Under the pieces are notes generated by a model. That model saw only the letters and a program-made list of their open reading frames with translations, was not told where the DNA came from and searched no databases. The position numbers and the translations under genes were made by a program. This document shows, in pieces, positions 13,276 to 25,129 of a stretch of 64,000 nt of DNA; positions within the stretch are counted from its first letter, which is position 1; every line of letters begins with the position of its first letter. Location of the stretch: the NCBI GenBank assembly GCA_026025075.1, contig JAPEUI010000027.1, positions 62,001-126,000 on the forward strand, read 5' to 3'. This DNA is from Vezdaea acicularis (lineage: Eukaryota).

Positions 13276-14494
13276 ATGGCGGAGCAGATATTGTAAGCAG
13301 GCCGTCAATCTGCGCTAATGGAAACTTCAAGGCTAATGTACAAGTAGAAAAGAGACACCTCTCAAGGCCGTACAGGTCGAGGCCCTTGTGGTCACTAAAA
13401 TTATCAAGCATTGCTCTCAGACTTTTCCGACGACTGCGACAGGTTTTCTCGTTGGTATGGATGTGCAAGGCGTGCTACAGGTCACGAACAGCTACCCATA
13501 TCCTACGGTCGATATACCAGCCACAGACTCTCATCACGACATTAACAATGCCTCCAACGCTGCCGCAGCAGCGCCACGCGCTAAGGTGAACGAAAAATAT
13601 CAGAACGACATGATAAAAATGCTGAAGGAAGTCAACGTCGACGCAAACAGCGTTGGGTGGTATACCAGCGCTAATATGGGAAATTTCGTCAACTCAAATA
13701 TGATCGAAAACCAATATTTCTTCCAGAAAGAATTAAACGAAAGGACGATCGCTCTTGTGCACGACGTAAGCCGAAGCTCGCAAGGCAGTCTCAGCCTCCG
13801 TGCATTCAGGCTTTCACCCGCTTTTATGACTGCATATAAGGAAGGGAAGTTCACCACTGAGAGGTAAGTGCCTATGTTGAAGACGTGGTGTGAGACGCAA
13901 CCTGACAAATATGTGTCTAGCTTGCAAAAGAGCCGCTTGACGTATAAGGATATTCTCGTTGAGCTCCCTGTTACGATTCACATGTCCCACTTGATCACAC
14001 AGTTTATGCACCAATTGCCAACCCAACCACCGACTGAGGAGCTAAAATACCCTTCAAACATATACTCCTTGTTGAAAGACCCGGACACTTTCAATTCACC
14101 CCTACATCCCAATTTTGACGCCCTTGATCTGTCAATCGATCCCTTCCTAGAAAAAACCTCAGACTTGCTCCTTGACAGCATAGAAACTCATAATACGGAA
14201 CTGAACAATCATCAATACTATCAACGACAGCTAGGGCGAGAGCAAGCAAAGATCACAGCTTGGCAGCAAAAGCGTAAGGCGGAGAACGCTGCTCGAGCTG
14301 CTTCTAAGCAACCACTGTTGCCAGAAGATGAATGGACCAGACTCTTCAAATTGCCACAAGAGCCAAGTAGGTTGGAGACCATGTTGAATTCGAGACAAAT
14401 CGAACAATACGCAAGGCAGGTCGATGGCTTCACTGCTAATGTCAGCGGAAAGATGTTTGCAGTCAAAAACAACTTAGTTCCAGAATCACAATAG
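13276..14494 (+). CDS. eIF3h: Translation initiation factor 3 subunit H (MPN domain)
   Basis: Spliced [51 protein letters not shown]-term [18 protein letters not shown]. Two introns. Confidence 0.93.
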
Positions 14495-15086
14495 TCATAG
14501 CAGGCTCATCCGTCACATAGTTGCGGGGCGTAAAACGTCGAGTAGGGAACGTATGAACGACATCCCGGTATAGTGTGAGCTCATGCTGTTTGATGTTTTC
14601 TCTGTTTAATTCATGAGACGGAGTACGGGATGCTTGGGAGGTCATGATAGCTGCTGGCGTTTTGCATTTGATACTCATGAAGGTGGAACGAAAAGAAAGC
14701 TGTGCATAATCTTGGGCGCTCTAGAGTCCAGGTTGCGATGATAGAACTAGAAATGAAAATTTCACCGGTGGCATGAGACCAACTTATGAGCAATCTATAT
14801 TTGAAATATATAGGCGTTGAGGGGCAAACTTCACATTTTGCCACGAACATTTTTTGGTGGTTGGCTAAATCTATGGGTTTCTTGCTTGCCATCTATTAAG
14901 TTCCCCAGTATCATAATGCATGACTCTTCGTCCGCACCACCCCACGTCTGCAACTGATCAAAGCAGGGAGTGCCTCTCTAGGTCTAAAGCTTGACTGCAG
15001 ATTGCTTGCGCCCAGTGTCTCAAGTCAGTGTGCAAGGGCATGTTCGACACTTTTTGAGACTTTTCTAGATCAGGTTGACCGCCACC

Positions 15087-18000
15087 ATGACGAGCTTGAA
15101 ACGTTCTACTACTGGGGAACCCAATGCACCGAATATATCCAGCAAGGTGTACGTGAGGTCAACCAAAGCCGGCAAAGCGCAGAAGATTGTTCGGGAGATC
15201 TACTTGAGGCAAGACATACCCTGCTCTTCTAAGCTTTGCTCAAGCTGCCTCTCAAGCGCGCCTGCGGACGCGAATGGCGTTGGTGATGATTTTCTTCTCT
15301 TTTACCTTTAACGAGGCGCCGCTGACTCAAACCCTACAGTGGCACCATTTGTTCTATCAGAGGGGCCTGCTAGGACCAGAGGCTTCCCCAATGGCCACTA
15401 CCTAGTACCCGATACCAACATCCTCCTGCAAGGTCTTGACCTGATCGAGCAGACCTCAGCATTCTACGATGTCATTATTTTACAGACGGTATTGGAGGAG
15501 TTTCAACATAGATCTCTGCCACTCTATAATCGGCTGCTAGCACTTACGAGGAGCGAGGATAAGCGGTTCTATGTGTTCTTTAACGAATTCAGATTGGAGA
15601 CATATGTAAAGAGGCAAGTAGGCGAAACGATCAATGATCGTAATGACCGAGCTGTACGCCGTGCCGTAGAGTGGTATGGCAAACATCTCAAGGAGGAGAT
15701 GAAAAGAAAGGGGCAGTCGACGAGGCTTCCGAGTATAGTGATGCTGAGCGACGATGTAGCGAATCTGCGAAAGGCAAAAGAAGAAGGGTTGTGTGCTTTC
15801 TCCCGTAAGTTGCACAACTGCATAAGTTGAAGCTCATGAACCTGACATCTGCAATAGTCGAAGGTTATGTGTCTGGTCTTGAAGACGCTGACCGAATGCT
15901 GGACATGGTCAGCGCTGCTCGGCAAGATCGTGATGCAATGGTAAACAAGGGACAGCTCTTTTACCCCGAGCACTACTCTGTTTCAAAGATGAGGACGGGT
16001 GTCAAGGCTGGCGTACTCCACCAAGGCATTTTCAATGCGTCTACCTTTAACTATTTGGAAGGGTCTATTCAAGTCTCTGCATTTGAGAGGCCACTTGTCA
16101 TTCTTGGGCGAGAAAACATCAATCGGGCCATGCAGGGTGACATTGCGGTGGTTGAGGTCTTGCCAAGAGACCAATGGAAGATGCCATCTTCAAAAATTGT
16201 CGAAGAAGATACGCTGAACAAGAACGAGAATGCCGATGCAGAGGAAGGAGAGGCGATCACGACGGAACAAGAACGCCGAGCGCTTCAAGATGCAGTGAGG
16301 GCTGTCCATGGAAAGACCTCTAAAGACGAGCCTCAGCCGACTGCGCGAGTAGTTGGTATCATGAAGCGCAACTGGAGACAATACGTTGGGCACATTGATA
16401 TGAGCTCGAGTAATCGTTCAATCAATCAAGGGCGAAAGCAGGAGATTGTCTTTTTGATTCCGATGGACAAACGAATACCCAGAATACGGATTCGGACGAG
16501 GCAGGCGAGTGACCTTGTTGGGAAAAGGGTGCTCGTAACTGTGGATTCCTGGGAAAGAGATTCCCGTTACCCCATGGGCCATTTTGTTCGGTCCCTGGGA
16601 GAACTCGAATCGAAGGAGGCCGAGACAGAGGCGCTACTTTTAGAGTACGACGTCCAATACCGACCATTCCCGAAGATAGTGCTTGATTGTCTTCCAGAGG
16701 AAGGGCATAACTGGAAGGTCCCTGAAAGCACTACAGATCCTGGATGGCGAGATCGAAAGGATCTCCGCGATCTCTTGGTCTGCAGTATAGATCCACCAAA
16801 CTGCCAAGATATCGACGATGCCTTGCACGCTCGCAAGCTGCCAAATGGCAATTTCGAGGTCGGAGTACACATTGCCGATGTCTCTCACTTCGTGAAGCCA
16901 AACAACGCCATGGACGCGGAGGCAAGTGCCAGGGGTACTACTGTTTATCTTGTGAACAAACGCATAGACATGTTGCCCAAGTTGCTAGGAACAAACCTTT
17001 GCTCGTTGATGCCCTATGTGGAGCGTTACGCCTTCTCAGTACTGTGGGAGATGACGCCAGAAGCTGAAGTTGTGGATTCTACGTTTACAAAATCCGTAAT
17101 CAGGTCACGGGAGGCTTTCAGCTACGAGCAGGCGCAGCTACGCATTAATGACCAGAATCAAAACGACGAACTCACTCAGGGGATGCGAGCGCTACTCGTG
17201 CTATCGAAGAAACTCCACCAGAAGCGGATGGACGCTGGAGCGCTGAACCTGGCCAGCCCCGAAGTCAAGATCCAGACGGAGTCTGAAACCTCCGATCCCA
17301 TGGACGTCGAAGTCAAGCAGATGCTCGCAACGAACTCGCTCGTCGAAGAATTCATGCTCCTCGCCAACATCAGCGTCGCCGGCAAGATCTACTCGTCGAC
17401 GCCCCAAACCGCCCTTCTCCGCCGCCACACCGCCCCCCCACCCACAAACTTCACCGACCTGCAAACGCAGCTCCGAGTCAAACGCAACCTCACTCTCCGC
17501 ATCGACTCCTCCAAAGCCCTCGCCGACTCCCTAGACGCCTGCGTCGACCCCACCGAACCCTTCTTCAACACGCTCATCCGCATCCTCGCCACGCGCTGCA
17601 TGATGTCCGCCGAATACTTCTGCAGCGGCGCCCACGCCCCCCCCGATTTCCGCCACTACGGCCTCGCCTCCCCCATCTACACGCACTTCACCTCGCCCAT
17701 CCGGCGCTACGCCGACCTCCTCGCCCACCGCCAGCTCGCCGCCGCCATCGCCCACGAACCCCTCCATCCCTCTTTGCTCAGTAAATCCACCCTCGACGCC
17801 GTCTGCAACAACCTCAACCGCCGCCACCGCAACGCCCAGCTCGCCGCCCGCGCCAGCGTCGAGTACTACGTCGGTCAAGCACTCAAAGGTACCGTTCGCC
17901 TCGAGCAAGCCTGGGTCATGCGCGTCTTGGCCAACGGCTTTGTTGTGTTTGTACCTCGATTCGGCATCGAGGGATTGATTCGTGTGCGCGACCTCGCGGA

Positions 18001-18160
18001 GCCTGAGCCCCAGAGCGAGTTTGATCCTGAGAACTTTGTGCTGGAAATTACTGGTTCGAGGAGGGTGAGGATTGAGCTGTTTGGGAAGGTGCAGGTTAGG
18101 ATTAGGGATTTGAGGGAGGAGAGGACGGGGAAGCGCGGGATTAGCATGGAGCTTGTTTAG
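15087..18160 (+). CDS. DIS3: Exosome catalytic subunit Dis3/Rrp44 (PIN + RNB)
   Basis: ATG 15087; KIVREIYLRQDIPC; PIN motifs LVPDTN and ETINDRNDRAVR; RNB motifs SIDPPNCQDIDDALH and YTHFTSPIRRYAD. Two introns. Confidence 0.96.
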
Positions 18161-18265
18161 ATAGATTAGGGGTTTAGAGAGCAGGCTATGCATACTTTCT
18201 GTTACTTTCCCGAGTAGACACCCCACCGTCGTGATCTTCGAGTGCTTCTTGCTTGCTGCCACTGG

Positions 18266-18281
18266 CCCCCCCCCCCCCCCC
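18266..18281. repeat. Poly(C) homopolymer (16 nt)
   Basis: Uninterrupted C run downstream of the DIS3 stop. Confidence 0.9.
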
Positions 18282-19576
18282 TTTTAACCATCTGCCTTTC
18301 TTCAATTCTACCATCTCCCCACTCCCCTTCCCCCTCCCCTTGTCCGAGAGCGAGACTGAGCCCCCGTTCAGGGAGGGAGGGGAGAGGCTGGTGAATGCTC
18401 GCTGGGCTGGGGAGTAAGATGTGAGGTGTAGAAATCTCATCATTAACAAAGTATCATCTACAGCAAACACTCCTCACGAGGAAGAGAATGGGGGAAACGA
18501 ATAGGGGGGGGGGTCGGGAAAGGGGTTGAGTTGGTTTGATTGGTTTCGTTTGATCTGATATGATGTGATACAGAAGCTACTGTTTCCCTTTTCTCCCCCC
18601 CTCTCTCACTGTCACTCTCACTTCCCACTTCCTCTTCCCTCGTCTCCCCTCTCCTTTTACGCTTCTCCCCCTCTCTGCCCACTTCACACCTCCACCTCCA
18701 CCCAGAGCAAACCCGCAGGAAGAAAAAGCGAGAGGCAGGGAGGAGGCGAGGGAAGGAAGGGATGTAAGGGCTTTGTATATCCTCCAGAAACACAAGTATG
18801 GTTTTCTCCGCTCCGCTATGTGACTTTTTCCATTGGGCGCGGGAAGGTATAACAAGGGGGATTCGTCTAGGTAGATTATCCAGTTCGCTATCCTTTGAGT
18901 ATGCCATTTTTCTATTCTCGCGAGTCACGCGAAAGAAGTGCGCGCCAGCCGAATCGCTCGAGGGAGGCAGGAAAGACGCACGAGGCCATAGATGCAGGGT
19001 GGGAAAGAAAAGAGAGAAAGAGAGCCAGAGCCCAACCCCAGTGGGAAAAACAGGTCTCCCCCACCAAGCCCCCTTTGGCCCGATACATTTTATTTTCCAA
19101 ACGAGATATCCTTCCATCCCAGTCCTCCCCGCCAAACACACGCACAGACACACACACAAATGCTATGTTCCCCCTGCCGTGGAGTCGTAAGCTCTAAACA
19201 TGAGAAAAAGCGGGCACTTCCTCCCCCCCCTCCCCTCATCCTTGTTCCAGCCCCCCTGGGGAAGGGGAGTAAGCTAGTACACATTAAAAAAGCGCGCCAG
19301 AGTCGGGCCGGGTGATACAATGTAGCAGGCCGTCAAACCATTCTTTTGGGGGGAAAAGCGTGAGAAAAGATGAAAGAAAAGCAACGCTTGGACCGCTGAT
19401 GCACCTCCGTGATAAAAAAGAAACAACAAGGGCAGAGAAAAGGAAGGAAAAAAAAGATGAAGAAAAGTGCCGTCTGCTGAAAAGGCGCACAGATATGCCG
19501 AACGGTACCAAAGATGCTGCTGCTTTATGTTGTAGTGGACTTTTTTGTTTTTTGCCATTAGGTTGCGTTTCGCGTG

Positions 19577-22129
19577 TCATATGAAAGCCATCAACCCCAT
19601 GTGGCTCCCATTCATTCCGTTCTCTTTGCCCTTTACCGCCCCATTGATTACTCCATTACTCTTTGATCGTGGCAACCGTGGTGTGCTGTTTGGTGATGAC
19701 CCGATATTTGGATCTATGAATATCTGGCTCAGGGACGGCGTTGGTGACCGATCTGCATTCTGACTGGGGCTTGTCGGCTTCTCCGTCTCTCGCAATAGAT
19801 CCCCAAGCGTTCGAGAGAGCGTCTTAACGTGAGCGACAAGATCTTGAAGCGTCGTCGTGTCGAACTTGATCTTCTCGGGCTTCACAGGCTCGTACCTCGA
19901 GAGCGTCGGATCCTGCGATGTTCGTCGCTGGTGGATGTTCGCTATGACGGACTTCGCCACCAACGACGACTCTGGAGGTGAACTCTTTCGAGAAGCAGTG
20001 ACCGAGAGCGATCCGTCCTTCACCGGTCGTGTATATTTGGGCAGACTGGATGTATTACTCTCTTCAGATAACCCTCCAAATATATCATCCTCCAACGCGA
20101 GTACCGATCTTCGCCTGGGTCGTGTTTTCTGTTGGTTTATACCATCATCGGAGTGACCAGGACTCGATTCCAACAAATGGTCGTACTCCTCCTCGTCGTT
20201 GTCCAGCTCAGCAAGATCAATGATGCCATCGGCTTCCTTCCAGAGTGCCGCTGATGGTCCATGTATGATCCCTTGCGCAGCTGCTAGTGTTCGTAGCCGC
20301 TTCAGATCCTCAACGAGCAATGCAAACTCTTTGATGTGACCTAGATGGCCAATGACACTAGCTTGGCTCTCCTGAATGGCCTGCGGCACAAACATCGAGA
20401 TTCCGCTATCGACACGCCTGTCGTCAGGGACATCCTGTTCCTCGACTAGACTTTCCGGAAACTCAAATACGAAATCGTCATTCCAGTCTTCGCTCGGTCC
20501 CTTGCTCCCCAAGTTCCAGGTGCCGTATTTATTCGTAGAACTGGCAAGATCGCGTTTGGCATCGACGTCAGGAATGACAGGCACGCTTTGACTTCGAACA
20601 TGCAGTGCACTCGGACCTCGTCGGCCAGCCGCTCGACTCCCTCGGCCATCATGAGCTCGTCTGCCATGGTCCGTGTTGGGTCGGGCAGGCCCGTCTTTTC
20701 GGCTCTCCCTACTGCCGACCGACTGCTCCGACCACTCGTACAGATTAAGGACTGCGTTTCGGTTGGCATGAACATTGGCGTGTGTTAGTTCGTTCGTCGT
20801 CGATACTGGCATCGAGCTCTCATGCTGGGGCTTCAAGCCTTGCCCCGATGATAGGCTTGACAAGTAGCTTGAGATGCCCAGGCTGTTCTGCCCCGGATGC
20901 CAGTACTCATCTTCGTCATCATCCAACGACCATCGAGTGTCCCTTTCGTCATGATCGTTGACCCATTGCGAAGCGTCGTGTCCCATCGAGGGTGCTGCTA
21001 CTGGTGGCGACGAAGGCAACTGAGCTTTCGGCGCCCGCGGAATAACCGCTTGTACTGGCGTCGAGTAGCTGTCGTCCAGTGAGCGGACCTGTCCTTTCCC
21101 CGGCGTCGACAAATTCTCATCGTCCATGCTGTGTCGCGGCCGTTTCTCTTCCCCACCAAACTGACCGTCCAGCCTCAAATCCCTAAGAGCATCCAAGCTA
21201 TCCCGTTCCGTCTCGTCAATCGGGAAGCCATCGAAGATGGTCTCGATGCGGGGGCCACGCACGCCCAATGAGCTGTTGGTGGTGCCGGTCCGCAGCGAAT
21301 CAAACAGCGTATCGCTCGTGTTGTCCATATCGGATTCTTCTCCAGACGTGAAGCCTCTGGTGTCATTGTCCGATCCAGCCACGGTCGATGCTCGTTCGGA
21401 TGACGCAAGGAGCGACAGTCGATGTGGCTTTGAATTGATTGACGGTAGAGGGGAAGATAATATTGCCGAGCCAGCGACAGAATGAGGCTGTGGGGAGACG
21501 GGAGAGGGCGAGGTCGATTTTGGAGGCGAGGGTTGCCGAAGCGGTGTGATGAGGTCAATGTCGAAGGCAGAGACTCGATCTATCGAGGGCAACGGGGAGG
21601 ATAAATTTCGGTGCAGCCGCGGTGTGTAGCCGTTATCTGGAGGGGAGGTCTTGGGTGGTAAAGGTGCATCGAATTCTGGATGTTCGGCCAGCGGACTGGT
21701 GAGGCTTCCTCGCGGGAGCGGTGACGACGTATGTGCCGACACGGAGCCTCGACCGGGTAGGGAGTTGAACGGGGCTGAGTATCGTCTCCGACGGCTTCGG
21801 ATGCTCTCTCTGAAGCTATTCGGACGGGCCATCCACGACGGGGACGCGTTGGGGTTGGCCGCGAACCGGCCCTTGAAACGCTCCTTGATCGACGGGCTCG
21901 ACTGGGCAGAACCCATGGCGGTGGGCGACGACGACGAGGCCCGGAGGACAGGAGAGAAGGTAGAGGAGGTCTTGTAGGGAGGAGAGGGCGTGGAGGTTGG
22001 ATGGAGGGGGTGGCCGGAGCGGAAGATGAAGATGTCGGTATCACGTCGACTCGACCGGCTACATGGTTGCCGTTCCTCTGCAGCGAAAGTCACGGTGGCC
22101 GAGTCTGAATGCAGCGGGTCGTCGGCCAT
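19577..22129 (-). CDS. Uncharacterised Ser/Pro-rich, largely disordered protein (~850 aa from the first ATG)
   Basis: Uninterrupted 975-codon ORF; first ATG at 22129 (MADDPL). One helical, conserved-looking block: SEDWNDDFVF..VPQAIQESQASVIGHLGHIKEFALLVEDLKRLR..LWKEADGIIDLA. No family recognised. Confidence 0.8.
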   Translation of the reverse strand: MADDPLHSDSATVTFAAEERQPCSRSSRRDTDIFIFRSGHPLHPTSTPSPPYKTSSTFSPVLRASSSSPTAMGSAQSSPSIKERFKGRFAANPNASPSWMARPNSFRESIRSRRRRYSAPFNSLPGRGSVSAHTSSPLPRGSLTSPLAEHPEFDAPLPPKTSPPDNGYTPRLHRNLSSPLPSIDRVSAFDIDLITPLRQPSPPKSTSPSPVSPQPHSVAGSAILSSPLPSINSKPHRLSLLASSERASTVAGSDNDTRGFTSGEESDMDNTSDTLFDSLRTGTTNSSLGVRGPRIETIFDGFPIDETERDSLDALRDLRLDGQFGGEEKRPRHSMDDENLSTPGKGQVRSLDDSYSTPVQAVIPRAPKAQLPSSPPVAAPSMGHDASQWVNDHDERDTRWSLDDDEDEYWHPGQNSLGISSYLSSLSSGQGLKPQHESSMPVSTTNELTHANVHANRNAVLNLYEWSEQSVGSRESRKDGPARPNTDHGRRAHDGRGSRAAGRRGPSALHVRSQSVPVIPDVDAKRDLASSTNKYGTWNLGSKGPSEDWNDDFVFEFPESLVEEQDVPDDRRVDSGISMFVPQAIQESQASVIGHLGHIKEFALLVEDLKRLRTLAAAQGIIHGPSAALWKEADGIIDLAELDNDEEEYDHLLESSPGHSDDGINQQKTRPRRRSVLALEDDIFGGLSEESNTSSLPKYTRPVKDGSLSVTASRKSSPPESSLVAKSVIANIHQRRTSQDPTLSRYEPVKPEKIKFDTTTLQDLVAHVKTLSRTLGDLLRETEKPTSPSQNADRSPTPSLSQIFIDPNIGSSPNSTPRLPRSKSNGVINGAVKGKENGMNGSHMGLMAFI

Positions 22130-23465
22130 GAACAGGAGCCGGCTCGTGCACCGACACGCTGGGGGAACAGGTGAGGTCGGACGAGGAAGAGCTGGAGTCG
22201 GGAGGAGGGAGGAGGGAGGAGGGAAGGTGAGGAGAGCGAGAAGGAGGGAAGTTGGGAGGGTTCGTCGAGCTGCGAGCGAGGGCAGAGGATGGACCGGCGT
22301 TGGCTGCGTTGGACTGACTGGAGCTTTTGCCGACTCGCTCGGGCGGGCTTGAGTGGTGGTGGTGGAGTTGGAGTGGTGGGAGCGTGTGGGTGGATGGATG
22401 GGGGATGGGTCTGCGTTGGGATGGGCGAGGGAGGGTTCGGTGGTCGCGTTACAGCGCCGTTCGCTCGTCGCCGTTAGTCTCCGGCGGCCGCGCTCGTTTA
22501 GCAAATCTCCCTTGGCGGGCGCATCCCGGGCGACCTCAATCCTTCGCCGTGACCGTCCGCCGCGCTGTAACGCTGCTGGGGGCCGTGGGATTCATCCACG
22601 GAAAAGGCAAAGCAGAGGCAATCACAATCACAAGCACGAGAGCACAGACCAGACGGCGCGAGGGGGGCATCGGGCACGTATGGCGACAGTGCTATTGCAG
22701 CGGATTGCAGAGCAGAGCAGCGCGGTGAGGAGGGAATATGCCGTCAGGTGAAAAGTCCGAGCTACACACATACACATATGTTCATATGTGTCGTCCCTCA
22801 CCGCGCTGCGGGGGGTACATGCTACATATGGATGTACCACGATATACCACGGCGGCGCCTGCACGGCCGACGAAGAGGCGGTCGCACGTACGACGGAAGG
22901 CGACGACAGCTTCGGATTGTCTCTGCCCTGCGAACGCAAGGGTTTCCTAGGGTTCTCGACAGCGGCCGCTGAGTGGTCGCGCGCCCACGACCAGGCGAGC
23001 CCCCCTCGACTGTCGTGCGCCCACGTCAGACGGTTTCACCTTTTCTCGAATGGACCGCCCACGTCCTTGGCCCTTCGATGTTGCCGGCCGCGCTCAACAA
23101 CAACATCGCTGACGGGAGCGCTGCGGTGTAGCTGGTCACGACGTCGAGGCTCGCTGCGTGCATTGCTCTCCGCTGGATGCTCGACCTTTCGACGCTGTTT
23201 GCTCCAGGCGGTCGCGTGCAGTGGAGGGGGAAAGGGTCGCCGCGCGCATCGCTCGGTCAGATCAACTGGGAGATGGGTCGCATGGAAGCGTCCCGGGAGG
23301 AGCAAGGAGGGAGGGGGAGGGAGGGCAGGGACGCACCAGGGATCAGGTTCTGGGGATTGCGTGGGACGAACGATCTGGATCCGTCCGTCTGTCCAGCACG
23401 ATCATTTGTGGGCCAGTTCGATGCGTCGTGTACTCGTCCACTCGCCTGCTCGAAACACCACTACT

Positions 23466-23498
23466 TCATCCTCATCCTCCTCCTCCTCCTCCTCCTCC
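23466..23498. repeat. (TCC)n trinucleotide microsatellite
   Basis: tcatcctcatcctcctcctcctcctcctcctcc read directly. Confidence 0.85.
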
Positions 23499-24058
23499 AC
23501 CACCAAACCCCCGCTCCTCTCCGGACTCGATCGACCTTGCTGCTCCGGACGCGAGGAGGGCAGAGGGGCCCCATCGTCCGGCGGGAAGCCGTTTCGCGCT
23601 TTCAGCTGCATCGAGGCAAGGTGGTGGCCCCGGGGGGGTGGGAGGGGGCGGGGTCGAACGGAGACGAGGGGGACGGATTGCTTGGGACGCAGCGCCAGGA
23701 CACAGGAGGGTGGGATGGCGTGCGTGCAAGGGTCGCCCACCGGCGGCGGCGTCAGAGCAAATCAGTCCCTCGCATGGCGCATTGCCCAATCCAGCGGAGA
23801 CGCACAGTAACGACCTGCTCGCCATTGCCCATTACCCGCCAGACGTTGGTGCGCGTTCGAGCGAGGTGAGGATATTGAGACACGTCGGTGCACGCAACGG
23901 CAAGGAGTCGTGCTGCTGCTGCTGCTGGCCCGCGTGGCGGCGGTGATGCCCGCGTCCCAGGACCCAGTAGGCGTCGGAAGGACGTCGGCCGGGCGATGTA
24001 TCAGCATGAAGGCATGACAGCGAGCATGCGTGCAGCAGGGTTGCGTGCCCAAAAGAGG

Positions 24059-24105
24059 GGTCGAGGTCGGGGTCGAGGGTAAAGGTCGAAGTCGAGGTCG
24101 AGGTC
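24059..24105. repeat. Degenerate (GGTCGA)n hexamer array
   Basis: ggtcgaggtcggggtcgagggtaaaggtcgaagtcgaggtcgaggtc in intergenic DNA. Confidence 0.7.
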
Positions 24106-25129
24106 TACTGTCGGTCGAGCTCAAGGACAAGGTCCAAGTCCGGGTCGAATCGATTGCGTCGTAGCTAGTGAGGACGAGATCGACGTTGCCGATACCATCG
24201 ATCCTGGAATAGAGCCCCAATTAGACGCACCGCTGGAGACGGACTACCACTGGCCTTGCGAGCGTAGCCTCCTCCAGAAGGACTAACGCCGCCGCCGTCG
24301 ATTCCGATAAGCTCGCGTGAGAGCAGCTGGCTTGGCCGTGCATTGGCCGAGCGATTGTAGCTTTGCGGACGACGTAAGTGGAGCGTCGGAGCGTCGGGGA
24401 TGAAGCGGATGGAAGAAGCTCACAGGAATGTGCGGAATGGGCAAAAAGGGCAGAAAGAGCAGAGATGGGCAGGCGACGGGCCCGTTTCGGGCGACCAACG
24501 AAACTTCGCTCCTGATACAAGGAAGATGCATCGTGGGCGCGCCAGACCCTCTCCCGATTCACGCGTTCGCCGCGCTGATTGGTGCCGCCCAACGTCGCTT
24601 CGACCTCGACACGCCACCTGCTGCAAAAACGCACACACAAGCAAGTTCGAGCAAACGGCGAGCAGCGCAGAGAACAGCAGAGAAAGAGAGCAGCGAGCAA
24701 GGACGTGCATCGTTGCCGGATCGTTTCTCCTGGATCAGCGAACCGCCGTCTCGACGCAACCGGAGGCCCCACCAGCTCCGCTTCAGGCCGTCAAGCAAAA
24801 AATAACTTCGTGCTTATCTCCGGCCTGCATGGGACGCTGTGCATGACATCACAGCGGGCCAACATCGAAGGAAGAAGAGAAAACAGAAACTGCTGAGACA
24901 ATTGTCCGTGACCGACCTCGTACCTGAGCTGGGAGAGAATCGGGATTGAGCGTGAGCGTGAGGCGGAAGGTGGGGTAGCTAGGAGCTGGAACGGCACGTG
25001 TTTCTGTTTCGTGATATAAGATTATTCTCGTATTGATTTCATTTCTCTGGAAGAAAAAAAGGGTCGAATTGGGATCCCCTAGCGCCCTCATCCACATTCG
25101 CCGTCAAATTTACCAGATCTCAAGGGACC

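Noticed and set aside
14754..14764. RRPE-like TGAAAATTT upstream of DIS3 (and AAAAATTTT/GCTCATC near PUF6)
   Set aside because: Plausible for ribosome-biogenesis genes, but these short motifs cannot be told from chance without conservation data.
17531..18262. 243-aa minus-strand ORF over the DIS3 3' end
   Set aside because: Antisense shadow produced by the extreme third-position C bias.
18186..19584. Cluster of 76-233 aa ORFs on both strands downstream of DIS3
   Set aside because: They arise from low-complexity purine/pyrimidine tracts, show no recognisable motifs, and overlap one another.
22327..24997. Many overlapping ORFs (up to 340 aa) in the GC-rich spacer
   Set aside because: High GC depletes stop codons; the translations are R/G/P/A-rich with no domain, and several frames are open at once.
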